From IMG/VR virus record IMGVR_UViG_3300027861_000011, positions 96,001-160,000 of that record: a DNA stretch of 64,000 nt. One strand, given 5' to 3'. This document shows, in pieces, positions 21,801-31,207 of the stretch (position 1 is the stretch's first letter; every line of letters starts with the position of its first letter). The stretch comes from a virus. The position numbers and the translations under genes are program-made. The notes beneath the pieces are model-generated. The model was not told the origin of the DNA, did not search any database, and worked only from the letters and a program-made list of their open reading frames with translations.

Positions 21801-23988
21801 ATTTACTGCAACAACAGAATGTTTCACAAGTAACGCTTTATCTGGCGCTTGCTTTAATAGTGTAACCTGGACAACTAATCTTTATGAAGATAATGTGTTA
21901 GTTGGTAGTGATTTATTTTACACTTCCACAAGTATGGGTGATGCGTTGCCAAGTAACATTGAACTTAGCGGTTCTGTTGTATCATTATTTGATTCCATGG
22001 GTTATGATTATGCATTTAATGGTACAGAATTTACAATAATAGAAAATGGGTTTAATGAAATAAGGTTAGATGTTAACACAAGTCTTAGTTATGATTCTAA
22101 TTGTACAGTTACTGGTAATACTACAGGTGATACATTTTGTAGTTGCCCTATTGGTACAACAGCTACAACAGCTAATGATTCCTGTCAAGGATTTCTATAT
22201 ACAGCAGCTACTTTTAATGGTAGTGGTTCAACTATCGTTGCTGGTACCATAAGCTCTTCTTACGGTGAGTTTGGTACTTTCTTTTACCCAGATATAACCG
22301 ATATAACCGACTTACCACTTACAAGGACTAGTAATACATATCATATGGTTACTCAATCTGGAGGTACCGTAACTGCAACTAATATCTCTAATAATATGTT
22401 TTGGGATTCTAATGGTTCATCATCAAAAGGTAGACTTAATAATGTAGGTATTTCAGCTTCAACTACAGAATGGGTTGGTTTTTCGGAATGCATTGATATT
22501 CCTACTAGTGGCACATATTATATAGGTGTGGGTGCTGATAACTTCATTAGATTTAGTGTTGATGGTACCCTAGTTGTATCAATCGAACCACCTACCACTT
22601 ACGATAAAAACCATAAGATGTGGCATGTATTTCCATATTTTTTAACGTCTGGTAAACACGTCATAGAGATGGAGGGTCGAAATGATTTACCTGGTTCTAC
22701 AGCATTCGGTGCGGAGATTTATTACCCAACCGATTTCGCAACGCTTACAGGTGCAACAACCACTGGTGATACTGGACTAATATTCTCTACAGTGAGTAAG
22801 GTAGGTGATACTTTTGATTTAGGTGATACTATGGGTTACTCATGCCCTAGTGATTATACATATGATTCATGTAGTACTAGTGGTACATGTGTTCAAATTA
22901 TAAATGAAGATATTAGCTGTATTTACAGTGGCTCATGTACTGGCGGCACAACCGAAGAAATATGTGATATATCTTTTACTGGTCTTACAAGTGGTTCTAC
23001 TTATCCGCTTAGTAGTTTTGATGGTTTCTGGTTTGTAGAAGAAAATGATGGAACAATTGGGGTTTATATGGTAGATTATATTTCTGGTCTAACTCAAACA
23101 TATGAAAATGTATCAGACCAAGTAACTATTGAATGTTGCGAAATTATAAATGATTCATTTCAAACATATAGTGATATGTTTGAACAAGGTATAAATAGTT
23201 ATGTAAATGTATCTTGGGACCCCAACAAAGGAAGATGTGTATATAGAAAATGTGGTGATGATGGTTGTATTAATATTGATACAATGCTTACCACTGAATT
23301 AAATACTATAGATACAGTTAAAGAATTTGAAGTGATATTAAGTTCTGAATTAATTGATGTTAAGAATAGACAAACTATAGGTTCTTACCCAACACTCAGA
23401 ATGCTTTATGATAGGTACAATAATCATGCGTTAGATTATTGTGAAGTTGATAGCTCAAGATTTGATTATTTCGATATGGATAATTTTGGACAAACAGTAG
23501 GTAATTATTGGATTGACCTTATTGAACAAGTTGTTCCAGCTACAACAATATGGGCTTCAACATATACTTATAAGAATACTATATTTGATGCCCAGAAATA
23601 TAATTATAAGAGAAATAATTTATTTACTTGTGAAGACCCACCAAACGATTTCCCATGGTCACCCATAGGTAGTTATTACGGAGTTGATGTTATTTTAGAA
23701 ACACTATTCAATCCAAACGAGAATGATGAAGTTATTATTTCTGGAAGTACTACGGGAAGTACTACGGGAAGTACTAATGAAGAGAAAGCCTTGTTAAAAA
23801 GGGGAAGACCACTCATAGTTACCGAACTAGATGATGGAACTAGAATCTGTAGTGGTGTTTGGGCTATGCAACACACTTGTGGTTCTGAATTCATAGGAAC
23901 AGTAAAAACAATAGAGACGAATGCTTTAAGTGGTGACACCAGTGGCGTATTCGGACCAGGACATGGACTACCCCCATCTGGCCCATAA
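18880..23988 (+). CDS. Large tail fibre/adhesin-like protein with two PA14-like domains
   Basis: 1702 aa, Cys- and Thr/Ser/Gly-rich; two EW.GF..C.....Y.IG..ADN..R+.+.G units followed by H.IEMEG. Confidence 0.6.
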   Translation: MLVDYGIGCMTKQQYIDDGFQVFENPDGTISIFDQHQNPITAHETTSCCSVLGNGVIGTTDSLGYFFDIETQKCRWSNPIVSDELFSIILNPEGNSSTLFDVEENETCCIDISFDYLFKFDCESLNNVINPIHDSGSESLVGTVDTSSLQLELLTEQLNSQQTECIEIQNQINNLPFVPYVLLCKENNFCLTDAGLAAWRLEIGDQDYSQWLTNNGTNTSLYSCTDVENFVSHEPNPGDWYNSPCNYTIWDTEIYYETLSSLESKLEECDNKLESIQAEIDALPQEVIKCASLIDIFETFNVCFTLEVYNQTTGALETVYEETLFNIGSGNLYDYIDASSGNTGIIISGATSSVSGNKSLPENQQNSCDRLINTMLNELYADQYLIDNEPPASKSEEEALVTQLKGWYNSCWLHYERKICDPDIISLIENEKINLSISVKDSCSDFSILLDRIKMYKNCEKVDNFETFISEPPKFTLRKVADNKKSWLSNTSPDNRDFELKYRDTEYNTNHHRLVINTKEVDLNLSPARAVEQDVWCYINDNNCILEGCLGDDSFSAFTCPSGYTMTSDGNVCQELILTASTSAVTQYTVGTGNIVRTSETFNLSRGTIFVNNIDGKDLPIYWTGTPSESWVGPYYNSDYLVDSSGQFITHSGFGEKYNIDGSLKWSSPEAFSGIHSVFGTNNNTFIGTTLNPNILWGGSNSGNSGRLRKTAVWASPSTLAEQEWIGFASCFELEETKVYRIGFAADNMIRLKLNGEYIFNNAITPEFDELTNGQWSPSLSRDIQAWLVIAITIPSGKNIIEMEGWNSVSNSAVGFGLEVYDATEEQLKNMTTESELASVTLFNTNDEVGNTFQLGENSGFSCPTGYALDTCITSPYQCVKIDKIRRDEIQDNCCCEGFPIQAITYDNSTVELPLTGSTGTTLDCNEIQTLINNFNGTTIFESIKTRKCGNINSIGAPINTKICDINGLSYTNIFTATTECFTSNALSGACFNSVTWTTNLYEDNVLVGSDLFYTSTSMGDALPSNIELSGSVVSLFDSMGYDYAFNGTEFTIIENGFNEIRLDVNTSLSYDSNCTVTGNTTGDTFCSCPIGTTATTANDSCQGFLYTAATFNGSGSTIVAGTISSSYGEFGTFFYPDITDITDLPLTRTSNTYHMVTQSGGTVTATNISNNMFWDSNGSSSKGRLNNVGISASTTEWVGFSECIDIPTSGTYYIGVGADNFIRFSVDGTLVVSIEPPTTYDKNHKMWHVFPYFLTSGKHVIEMEGRNDLPGSTAFGAEIYYPTDFATLTGATTTGDTGLIFSTVSKVGDTFDLGDTMGYSCPSDYTYDSCSTSGTCVQIINEDISCIYSGSCTGGTTEEICDISFTGLTSGSTYPLSSFDGFWFVEENDGTIGVYMVDYISGLTQTYENVSDQVTIECCEIINDSFQTYSDMFEQGINSYVNVSWDPNKGRCVYRKCGDDGCINIDTMLTTELNTIDTVKEFEVILSSELIDVKNRQTIGSYPTLRMLYDRYNNHALDYCEVDSSRFDYFDMDNFGQTVGNYWIDLIEQVVPATTIWASTYTYKNTIFDAQKYNYKRNNLFTCEDPPNDFPWSPIGSYYGVDVILETLFNPNENDEVIISGSTTGSTTGSTNEEKALLKRGRPLIVTELDDGTRICSGVWAMQHTCGSEFIGTVKTIETNALSGDTSGVFGPGHGLPPSGP
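22699..22830 (+). repeat. 132-bp direct repeat copy 1
   Basis: Identical to 25368-25499 except G22801 vs A25470. Confidence 0.9.
23743..23776 (+). repeat. 12-bp tandem repeat (GSTT)n in the fibre C terminus
   Basis: ggaagtactacg x2 plus a partial copy. Confidence 0.8.
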
Positions 23989-24045
23989 TTAAACGAAAAA
24001 AAAAATAAATAAAAATTAAATAAAAATTGAATACTATTTATATAT

Positions 24046-24288
24046 ATGCCAATATTAATACAAAACATAACCGCAAGTTTATCAGATGACATCTCTAATG
24101 ATGTTAGTGCTATTAAATTCGTTAAAGCTAATTTTGGATATAAAGATTGGTTTAAGATTGGGTATTTAGAAGTTTTCTTACAAAACTACAAACAAGTAAC
24201 CCAACTTACCGATTTAAATAAAATAAAAGACCTTGGGTTACTTGTAAATTATGGTAAACCATTCACTGAAATAAAGATATCATATTAA
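24046..24288 (+). CDS. Small hypothetical protein between the two fibre genes
   Basis: 80-aa ORF, TATTTATA motif at 24035, stop overlaps the next start. Confidence 0.55.
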   Translation: MPILIQNITASLSDDISNDVSAIKFVKANFGYKDWFKIGYLEVFLQNYKQVTQLTDLNKIKDLGLLVNYGKPFTEIKISY

Positions 24289-26975
24289 TGAGTCACCAAG
24301 ACCCAATATATAATCAAAATGGTAACTGCGATAGAAATCAAACAGTACCAGTTGTAAACACTAGTTCTGACATCTGTGTGTTCACTATACCTTTCTTTAC
24401 AATGAGTGGTGGAAGTAAAATTAACTGTAGTGAGAAAATCTGTTCAATTAGTGGTGTTTCCTATGATAATATACTCACAGCTACAACAGAATGCTTTACA
24501 AGTAACGCTTTATCGGGCTCTTGTTTCAACAGTATTAATTGGACTACTAATATCTATGAAGACAATAACTTAGTTTCATCAAACATGTTCTACACATCAA
24601 CAAATATAAATGACGTAGCAACAGAAATTGATTTTAGTGATTCAGTAATAACTTCATTCAATACATTAGGTTATGATTATTCATTTAGTGGTACACAATA
24701 CACAATAACAGAAAATGGCTTTAATACGCTAAGAGTAGATATCGACACATTACTTAGTTATGACGATAACTGTCTAGTCACTGGTAACACTACAGGTGAT
24801 ACATCATGTTCATGTCCATCTGGATACACACTTACTATTGGTAGAGATTCATGTTTATTTAGCGCCACAACTGCGGCAACATATAATGGTAGTGGCGCAA
24901 CAATTACTGCTGGTGATACTAATGCTGATTTTTCTACTTTGGGCGCATATTTTTATACTAATGAAACAAATAATGAATCATTACCATTATATAGAATTGG
25001 TAGTAATAATTATTTAACAGACCAATCTGGTAACACTATTAACATTACCAATACCTCGGATAATTCTAACCCATTCTGGGATTCAATGGGTTCAGTAATG
25101 AATGGTAGACTTAATAATGTTGGTTTATCTGCAACAACTACAGAATGGCGTGGTTTCTCACACTGTTTAGACCTTAATGTTTCTGGCACATACTATATTG
25201 GTATTGCTGCTGATAATTACTGTAGATTCAGTATTGATGGTGAATTATTTTTAGAATTAAATACTTTTATTGATAAAAATCATAAAATATGGCATGTATT
25301 ACCATATGATTTCACTTCTGGACTTCATATTATAGAAATGGAAGGTAGAAATGCTGGTTTATCTCCAACAGCATTCGGTGCGGAGATTTATTACCCAACC
25401 GATTTCGCAACGCTTACAGGTGCAACAACCACTGGTGATACTGGACTAATATTCTCTACAGTGAGTAAGATAGGTGATACTTTTGATTTAGGTGATACTG
25501 CTGGTTACACATGCCCACCTGGCTATTCACTTGACCTTTGTGGCGGTTCAGATTGTGTACAATTAAATTATACTTCGAGTACCTGTACTTATAGTGGAGA
25601 CTGTTCTGGTAGTACAAGTGAAATAATATGTGATTTAGATTTCCCTGGTCTTACAAGTGGCTCTACAAATGTTTACCCTCTTACTGGTCAAACCAACATT
25701 GATGTTGAATTTACTTTTACAGCTAACACTTCAAATCTTAATAGTGATAGTATATTTAGGTTCGAAATATATAAATATAATAACACTATTGGTATATTTG
25801 AAGAACCGTACAGATACCAATCAAGTGGTTATACTTGGGATTCATTTAGTGGTACAAGTGCGTTTACAGCCACAATACCAGTTACTAATCTAAATGTAGA
25901 TGGTGATTATTTAGTTAAAGGATATTACGTTCACGATGTTTGTACTGAATTTGGTGGTTTATTAGGTAATAAATTTAGTACTTCTTCATTTAAAACAGGT
26001 AATAATTACGGGCTTTACCAAGAAGATAGAGATTCATATTTTGTAGCATTTACTTCTGCTGACAAACCACTACTTAATATAGGTGATACTTTGCTTGAAC
26101 CAGCTGGTACGTTACTTACAAATAGTATTCTATTAGATGGTACTGAGTTAACGTTTGTCTTACCAAGTTCAAGTCTAGGTGGTAGTCACATGGTTGCATT
26201 AAATGGTTTAACACTTTCTGAAAATTATGATTATAGTTTAACTTCTGAAGAGGTTACTACTATATTTACTGCCACATCAGAAACAGTAATACTTAAGTTA
26301 AGTGGCGAAACTTTTTCTGGTGATATACTCACATATGTTTATATCAACTCTACTACTGATTCAGCATTTAGGTATGATACTATCGACATAATTACTACTA
26401 TCGCAAGTGGCTCTACTAACAGTCAAGGGTCGAATGACGTTTATTATAATACAACAGAAGGTAAATATGAAATTTACACTTCATTAATACCAGCCGAACT
26501 AAATAATATGGTGGTAACACTTAATGGTGTCACCCTAGCCAATAATATTGACTACTATCAGTCAATTACAAATCCAAAAAGAATTATTCTTGAAGGTGTT
26601 TTAGCTGTTGGTGATTTAATTACTATATATTATGTAACAAGTGTTGCATTCCAAGGAAACATAACGACAACTAATATAAATTTTTCTTGGGGTATTACAA
26701 ATCAACCACAAACAACAAATGGATTATTTACTGTTGAAATTGCTTCTGATAATTTATTTACTACAATAGTTGGGACAGGTACAACAGAATATATAATTGG
26801 GGTAACTAATTATTCACTACAACTACCAACTATTGGTGAAGTTGGTGATGTATTATATTATAGAATAAAGAATGATAAAAATTATGTAAATTTATGTGGT
26901 AGTATAATAAATACAACCGCATATAGTGAAATAATTGATATAAGAATACAAACAAATGCAACTAATTCATACTAA
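24288..26975 (+). CDS. Tail fibre-like protein with PA14-like domain, paralogous to part of 18880-23988
   Basis: About 400-aa module homologous to the upstream fibre; two V.LNG+.L....DY repeats near the C terminus. Confidence 0.6.
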   Translation: MSHQDPIYNQNGNCDRNQTVPVVNTSSDICVFTIPFFTMSGGSKINCSEKICSISGVSYDNILTATTECFTSNALSGSCFNSINWTTNIYEDNNLVSSNMFYTSTNINDVATEIDFSDSVITSFNTLGYDYSFSGTQYTITENGFNTLRVDIDTLLSYDDNCLVTGNTTGDTSCSCPSGYTLTIGRDSCLFSATTAATYNGSGATITAGDTNADFSTLGAYFYTNETNNESLPLYRIGSNNYLTDQSGNTINITNTSDNSNPFWDSMGSVMNGRLNNVGLSATTTEWRGFSHCLDLNVSGTYYIGIAADNYCRFSIDGELFLELNTFIDKNHKIWHVLPYDFTSGLHIIEMEGRNAGLSPTAFGAEIYYPTDFATLTGATTTGDTGLIFSTVSKIGDTFDLGDTAGYTCPPGYSLDLCGGSDCVQLNYTSSTCTYSGDCSGSTSEIICDLDFPGLTSGSTNVYPLTGQTNIDVEFTFTANTSNLNSDSIFRFEIYKYNNTIGIFEEPYRYQSSGYTWDSFSGTSAFTATIPVTNLNVDGDYLVKGYYVHDVCTEFGGLLGNKFSTSSFKTGNNYGLYQEDRDSYFVAFTSADKPLLNIGDTLLEPAGTLLTNSILLDGTELTFVLPSSSLGGSHMVALNGLTLSENYDYSLTSEEVTTIFTATSETVILKLSGETFSGDILTYVYINSTTDSAFRYDTIDIITTIASGSTNSQGSNDVYYNTTEGKYEIYTSLIPAELNNMVVTLNGVTLANNIDYYQSITNPKRIILEGVLAVGDLITIYYVTSVAFQGNITTTNINFSWGITNQPQTTNGLFTVEIASDNLFTTIVGTGTTEYIIGVTNYSLQLPTIGEVGDVLYYRIKNDKNYVNLCGSIINTTAYSEIIDIRIQTNATNSY
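25368..25499 (+). repeat. 132-bp direct repeat copy 2
   Basis: Identical to 22699-22830 except one position; offset 2669 bp. Confidence 0.9.
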
Positions 26976-27029
26976 TTATTTATTTTTTAGTATTTATTAG
27001 TAATATAATAAGAAAAGATATTTTAAAAT

Positions 27030-29192
27030 ATGAGCTATTTAATTAACAGTACAGATGCTTTCGTTAATATTAAATTAACCCAAGCTGGAAGAGAAAAGTT
27101 AGCCCAAGGGCAATTAAACTTTACATCTTGGGGTATAGGTGATTCAGAAATCAACTATGATAGAGAAACCATACACAATAATAACATTACTGATGTAAGG
27201 TTGTCTGGTACTAGTAAAGTATTAAGGCCAGTAGATAATCAACCAGACATTAAGACTTTCATTACCGCTACAAGTAATGGTAATGTTAATTTAAACCCCC
27301 TTAATGCCTCTCAAATTACCACTATTAAAGCGATTGTAAATAATCAAGCTACTGAAAGAGGATTCTTTAGTGGTGATGGCACAACCTATATAACCTATAC
27401 AGGTGATACTTATATTCAAGCTCAAGGTACAGTTGTCGGTTCTTCAATTACTGGTGGAACGTCACTTGTAATTGGTACTGGTTATACATATAATAGCGGT
27501 GACTTTATTCTCCTTAAATTAGGTAATGATACTATTGGTTCTTTAACTAACAACCAAAACACAATACCAGTACCTCAGTTATGGTATAAAATTAATTCAA
27601 TAACAACGACTACCAACTTAAATGACACTATAATAGTAGATAGAGATTTACCAAGTAATATTGCAACAACCGCAACAACACAATGGATTATTTACACTAG
27701 TGATGAAGTTTATGGTGGTTTTGGTTTTCAAGAAACAACACCTTATTGGAATACGAATACACTTGCTTTTGCTGGGTGTTGTGACATAACCTGTGGAGAT
27801 GTTCCAGTTTGGAATATGAATAACGTGTGGTGTGAGAATATGGTAGGTATGAGCGGTACTGGTGTCAACAACATACCAGCAACTCCTTATCAAAGCTTCG
27901 AAAAATTTGGTTCTAACGCTTATTTAGGTCAAAAATATCCTTACTTTGATTATTCTTGTAATGAAGGTCTTATAACAGATATTGATATTTGTGGTAATCC
28001 AGGAGAATCAAGTCTTGATGGAACTAAGAAATCAATATCTATAATTCATTATACAAATAATACTATTTCTAATTTCTATGGAGAGTATTTCTTTATAGAT
28101 GGAGCAAATAATAAAGAAGTTAGACTTACATTACCAGACCTTATGTATCATAGAAGAAACTATTCCACTGGAACAGGTACAACAATGGGTATGGATTTTA
28201 TAGCTACGGGTACAACTAAACTTATAGGTACGTCAGATATTCAGTATGTCGATTTAATTGAAGACCCAACTATGGTTAGTAATGGTCCTAATGTAGTTGG
28301 TAAAGTATTTCCACAACTAAAGACTATTCTATTTGATGATGATGAAATTGTTGCTGCAATGTCTTATAAATCAAATAGAAACTGGACACTACCTCCCTTA
28401 AGTGCTAATATGGTATCATCATCTAATGGAGTAACAGGTGGTATATTAGACATAGCCAAAACAATGTATTTAACATATTCATTTGAGAATTCGACTGGAA
28501 CTGGTCTTACAACTACACTACCATGTCAATATTACACTAAGATAACAAATAATACATCAAACACTAAAGATATTCAATTCAAAATTGGTGATATTGATTT
28601 ATTACCCTACATGCGAAAAGAAGAGAAAGTAACTTACGATGGAATGGGATTCTCAGCTAGAGAATTTAAAGTATTATATCAAATAGTTAATGATGCTGAT
28701 GATAGACCATTGGCTGATGCTTGGAAAGAATATGATTTCACAAGTACTGCTATTACATCTGTTACTGGTGAAACAATTGACCCATTACTTTTAGAGGTAC
28801 AGAACCCAATATCAACTGGATTCCTTATTGATAGTAATGTAAATTCTTCTGCCACTACGTTTAGTATTATGTCATCCCTTAACATGATGACAAATTCAAA
28901 TAATAATGGTTTGCAGTTTGGTGATGAGAGATTCTTCTATGGTAATTTAGAAACGTATATTGGTGCTACCATATATAAAACAGTATTTAACCTTAATATA
29001 TCGGCAGATGATTTTAAAACCACATCAAACCCAACAAGACTAAATAGTAGTACTAACCCACCAGATATTGAAGTAACTGAAGTTGGTATATATGATACTA
29101 CTGGAGTTTTAGTTATGATAGGTAAATTAAGTGCGCCAGTTAAGTTATCATCAGGTAATACTATTATGGTGGAGCTTGCGATGGATTTTTAA
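27030..29192 (+). CDS. Tail-collar/fibre-anchor-like structural protein (DUF3751-like termini)
   Basis: N-terminal KLTQAGREKLA...WGIGDSE and C-terminal TEVGIYD..G.L+.IGKL motifs. Confidence 0.55.
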   Translation: MSYLINSTDAFVNIKLTQAGREKLAQGQLNFTSWGIGDSEINYDRETIHNNNITDVRLSGTSKVLRPVDNQPDIKTFITATSNGNVNLNPLNASQITTIKAIVNNQATERGFFSGDGTTYITYTGDTYIQAQGTVVGSSITGGTSLVIGTGYTYNSGDFILLKLGNDTIGSLTNNQNTIPVPQLWYKINSITTTTNLNDTIIVDRDLPSNIATTATTQWIIYTSDEVYGGFGFQETTPYWNTNTLAFAGCCDITCGDVPVWNMNNVWCENMVGMSGTGVNNIPATPYQSFEKFGSNAYLGQKYPYFDYSCNEGLITDIDICGNPGESSLDGTKKSISIIHYTNNTISNFYGEYFFIDGANNKEVRLTLPDLMYHRRNYSTGTGTTMGMDFIATGTTKLIGTSDIQYVDLIEDPTMVSNGPNVVGKVFPQLKTILFDDDEIVAAMSYKSNRNWTLPPLSANMVSSSNGVTGGILDIAKTMYLTYSFENSTGTGLTTTLPCQYYTKITNNTSNTKDIQFKIGDIDLLPYMRKEEKVTYDGMGFSAREFKVLYQIVNDADDRPLADAWKEYDFTSTAITSVTGETIDPLLLEVQNPISTGFLIDSNVNSSATTFSIMSSLNMMTNSNNNGLQFGDERFFYGNLETYIGATIYKTVFNLNISADDFKTTSNPTRLNSSTNPPDIEVTEVGIYDTTGVLVMIGKLSAPVKLSSGNTIMVELAMDF

Positions 29193-29237
29193 CATATAAG
29201 TAGTAAAAGAAATATAATAGTAATGGAATTTTAAGAT

Positions 29238-30443
29238 ATGGGATATTTAGACAACACATCGGGGTATGAGTTAACAGCAAAGTTAACACCTCAAGGAAGA
29301 ATAAAGTTAATAACAAACACTAATAACTTAATCACGCAATTTAGTCTAGGTGATTCAGATGCGTATTATGGTGCTTATACTGGCCTTACAGGAGGTCAAG
29401 TACCAGCAATTTCTGGTGACAATGAAGGTATCGATGTTAATAACGGTGGGGTTAATTATATATTTAAAAGTAGATTGAATTATAAAGGTTCTGTAGGTAA
29501 TAAATCAGTAGAACTTGGTTCGATAAGTGTTAACTCAAATTATGCGTTTATAGGTTATCAGAACATTCAGTATAGTGGTGGTAATATTACACAAAATGTT
29601 ATTAATATTAATAATTTAACAACTGACCCACTTACAAATCTTTATTACTCATTTGGTTTACCAATTACCTCTCCCCAAATAAATGAATTTACTGGAAAAA
29701 CAGTATCAGTTGGTGGTTGGTCAGATACTGCATTAAGTGGAATTGCCCAAACTAATATACTTGTAATTGGTATTGATAATTCTAAATATTCAGAACTTAT
29801 TGATGGTAAGAGTATTAAGTTAGAGATGGAGACTAGTGCCTCAACATATAATATTTACGGAACATACGAAAATAAAGGTGGCTCACTTACTACTGAAGAT
29901 TCAATGATTTATGATAGCTCTGGTAATATTATGCAGTTCGGTCCAAATAGAACTCTTTTATTCTCTGATGACATCCTTAAACCTAATGGTGGTGATGTTA
30001 CTAAGAGCTGGAGCACTGGATATGCAACAAACAAACCATTTAGTATTAATAATAAAGAACGTTGGAATATACGAACCAACACTAATATTAATTTAACCGC
30101 TGACAAACCAGTAGGTATAGCATATTTAGATAAAGGATTCTTAGTGATTACAGAACCGACTATTGTTGATGCGTATAATTCTGGGTTCTCTGGAGCTACT
30201 GGGACAACAATAACCTATAATAGTGCTAGAAATAAAGTATCACAATCTATTACGTGTATTGCTGGTAGAGGTGAGTTCGGAACATCCACTAACAACAGTT
30301 GGGCACCTGGTGATACACCTAGGATTACTGAATTAGGTCTTTGGGATAATACTGGAACGTTAATAGCCATAGCTAAACTTAATAAGACTTATTATAAACC
30401 ATCAAATGATTTTGTAGCATTTAATGTTACTATAGATTATTAA
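29238..30443 (+). CDS. Paralogous tail-collar/fibre-anchor-like protein
   Basis: KLTPQGRIKL...FSLGDSD and ITELGLWD..G.LIAIAKL motifs match the upstream gene. Confidence 0.55.
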   Translation: MGYLDNTSGYELTAKLTPQGRIKLITNTNNLITQFSLGDSDAYYGAYTGLTGGQVPAISGDNEGIDVNNGGVNYIFKSRLNYKGSVGNKSVELGSISVNSNYAFIGYQNIQYSGGNITQNVININNLTTDPLTNLYYSFGLPITSPQINEFTGKTVSVGGWSDTALSGIAQTNILVIGIDNSKYSELIDGKSIKLEMETSASTYNIYGTYENKGGSLTTEDSMIYDSSGNIMQFGPNRTLLFSDDILKPNGGDVTKSWSTGYATNKPFSINNKERWNIRTNTNINLTADKPVGIAYLDKGFLVITEPTIVDAYNSGFSGATGTTITYNSARNKVSQSITCIAGRGEFGTSTNNSWAPGDTPRITELGLWDNTGTLIAIAKLNKTYYKPSNDFVAFNVTIDY

Positions 30444-30492
30444 TACTTTACATTTAACAATAAACCTTTATACTTATTAAAAATTAAGTATT

Positions 30493-31146
30493 ATGGAAAG
30501 TGATGAAAATAAAGGTCTTATTTTAGGTCTTGACGTATCAACAAAAACAATAGGTATAGCCTTATTTGAAGATTTAGGCAATAAAGGTAAATTAAAATTA
30601 TTACATCACGTTACCCCAAAGATTAAACCGAAACCATCTAATAAGATGCAAGAGCTCTTTGAAAAAGCTAGAGTGTTTGAGGATGAGTTCTTAAATGGTT
30701 ATGCTGATATGGGGATAACAAAGGTTGTTATTGAAGAGCCACTTCTACGTTCAAATAACGTAAACACTGTCGCTACATTACTTAGATTTAATGGTATGAT
30801 TTCAAGGTCAGTATATGATACACTTGGTGTTATCCCAGAATTCATTTCATCTTACGATTCTAGAAAATATGCATTTCCAGAACTAATGCAAATTAGGACT
30901 CATAATAAAAAAGGTGAACCATATACAGAAAAAGAAATATCTAAGAAGAATCCAGTTTTATTTGGTGCTTATTCTTGGGATATTGATAAGAAAGAAATTG
31001 TATGGGGAAAAGTTGCTGATATAGAACCACAGATTACCTGGCTTTATACTAAAAACAAAACACTTAAGAAAGAAAATTTTGATATGACCGATAGTTATAT
31101 ATGTGTTATAGGTCATATGAATATGGGTGGTAGATGGAGTAAATAG
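30493..31146 (+). CDS. RuvC-like Holliday junction resolvase
   Basis: ILGLDVSTKTIGIA, VVIEEP and terminal D..D acidic residues of the RNase H fold. Confidence 0.75.
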   Translation: MESDENKGLILGLDVSTKTIGIALFEDLGNKGKLKLLHHVTPKIKPKPSNKMQELFEKARVFEDEFLNGYADMGITKVVIEEPLLRSNNVNTVATLLRFNGMISRSVYDTLGVIPEFISSYDSRKYAFPELMQIRTHNKKGEPYTEKEISKKNPVLFGAYSWDIDKKEIVWGKVADIEPQITWLYTKNKTLKKENFDMTDSYICVIGHMNMGGRWSK

Positions 31147-31164
31147 TATTTTAGTCAAAGTAAA

Positions 31165-31196
31165 TTTGTTTTATTGATTTAAATGTCGTATATTTG
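31165..31196 (+). promoter_or_regulatory. Bacteroidetes-type promoter TTTG-N20-TATATTTG
   Basis: Upstream of primase. Confidence 0.65.
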
Positions 31197-31207
31197 TTTT
31201 AATTAAT

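Noticed and set aside
22699-25499. Diversity-generating retroelement TR/VR pair
   Set aside because: Only one mismatch, both copies lie inside genes, and no reverse transcriptase is in the window
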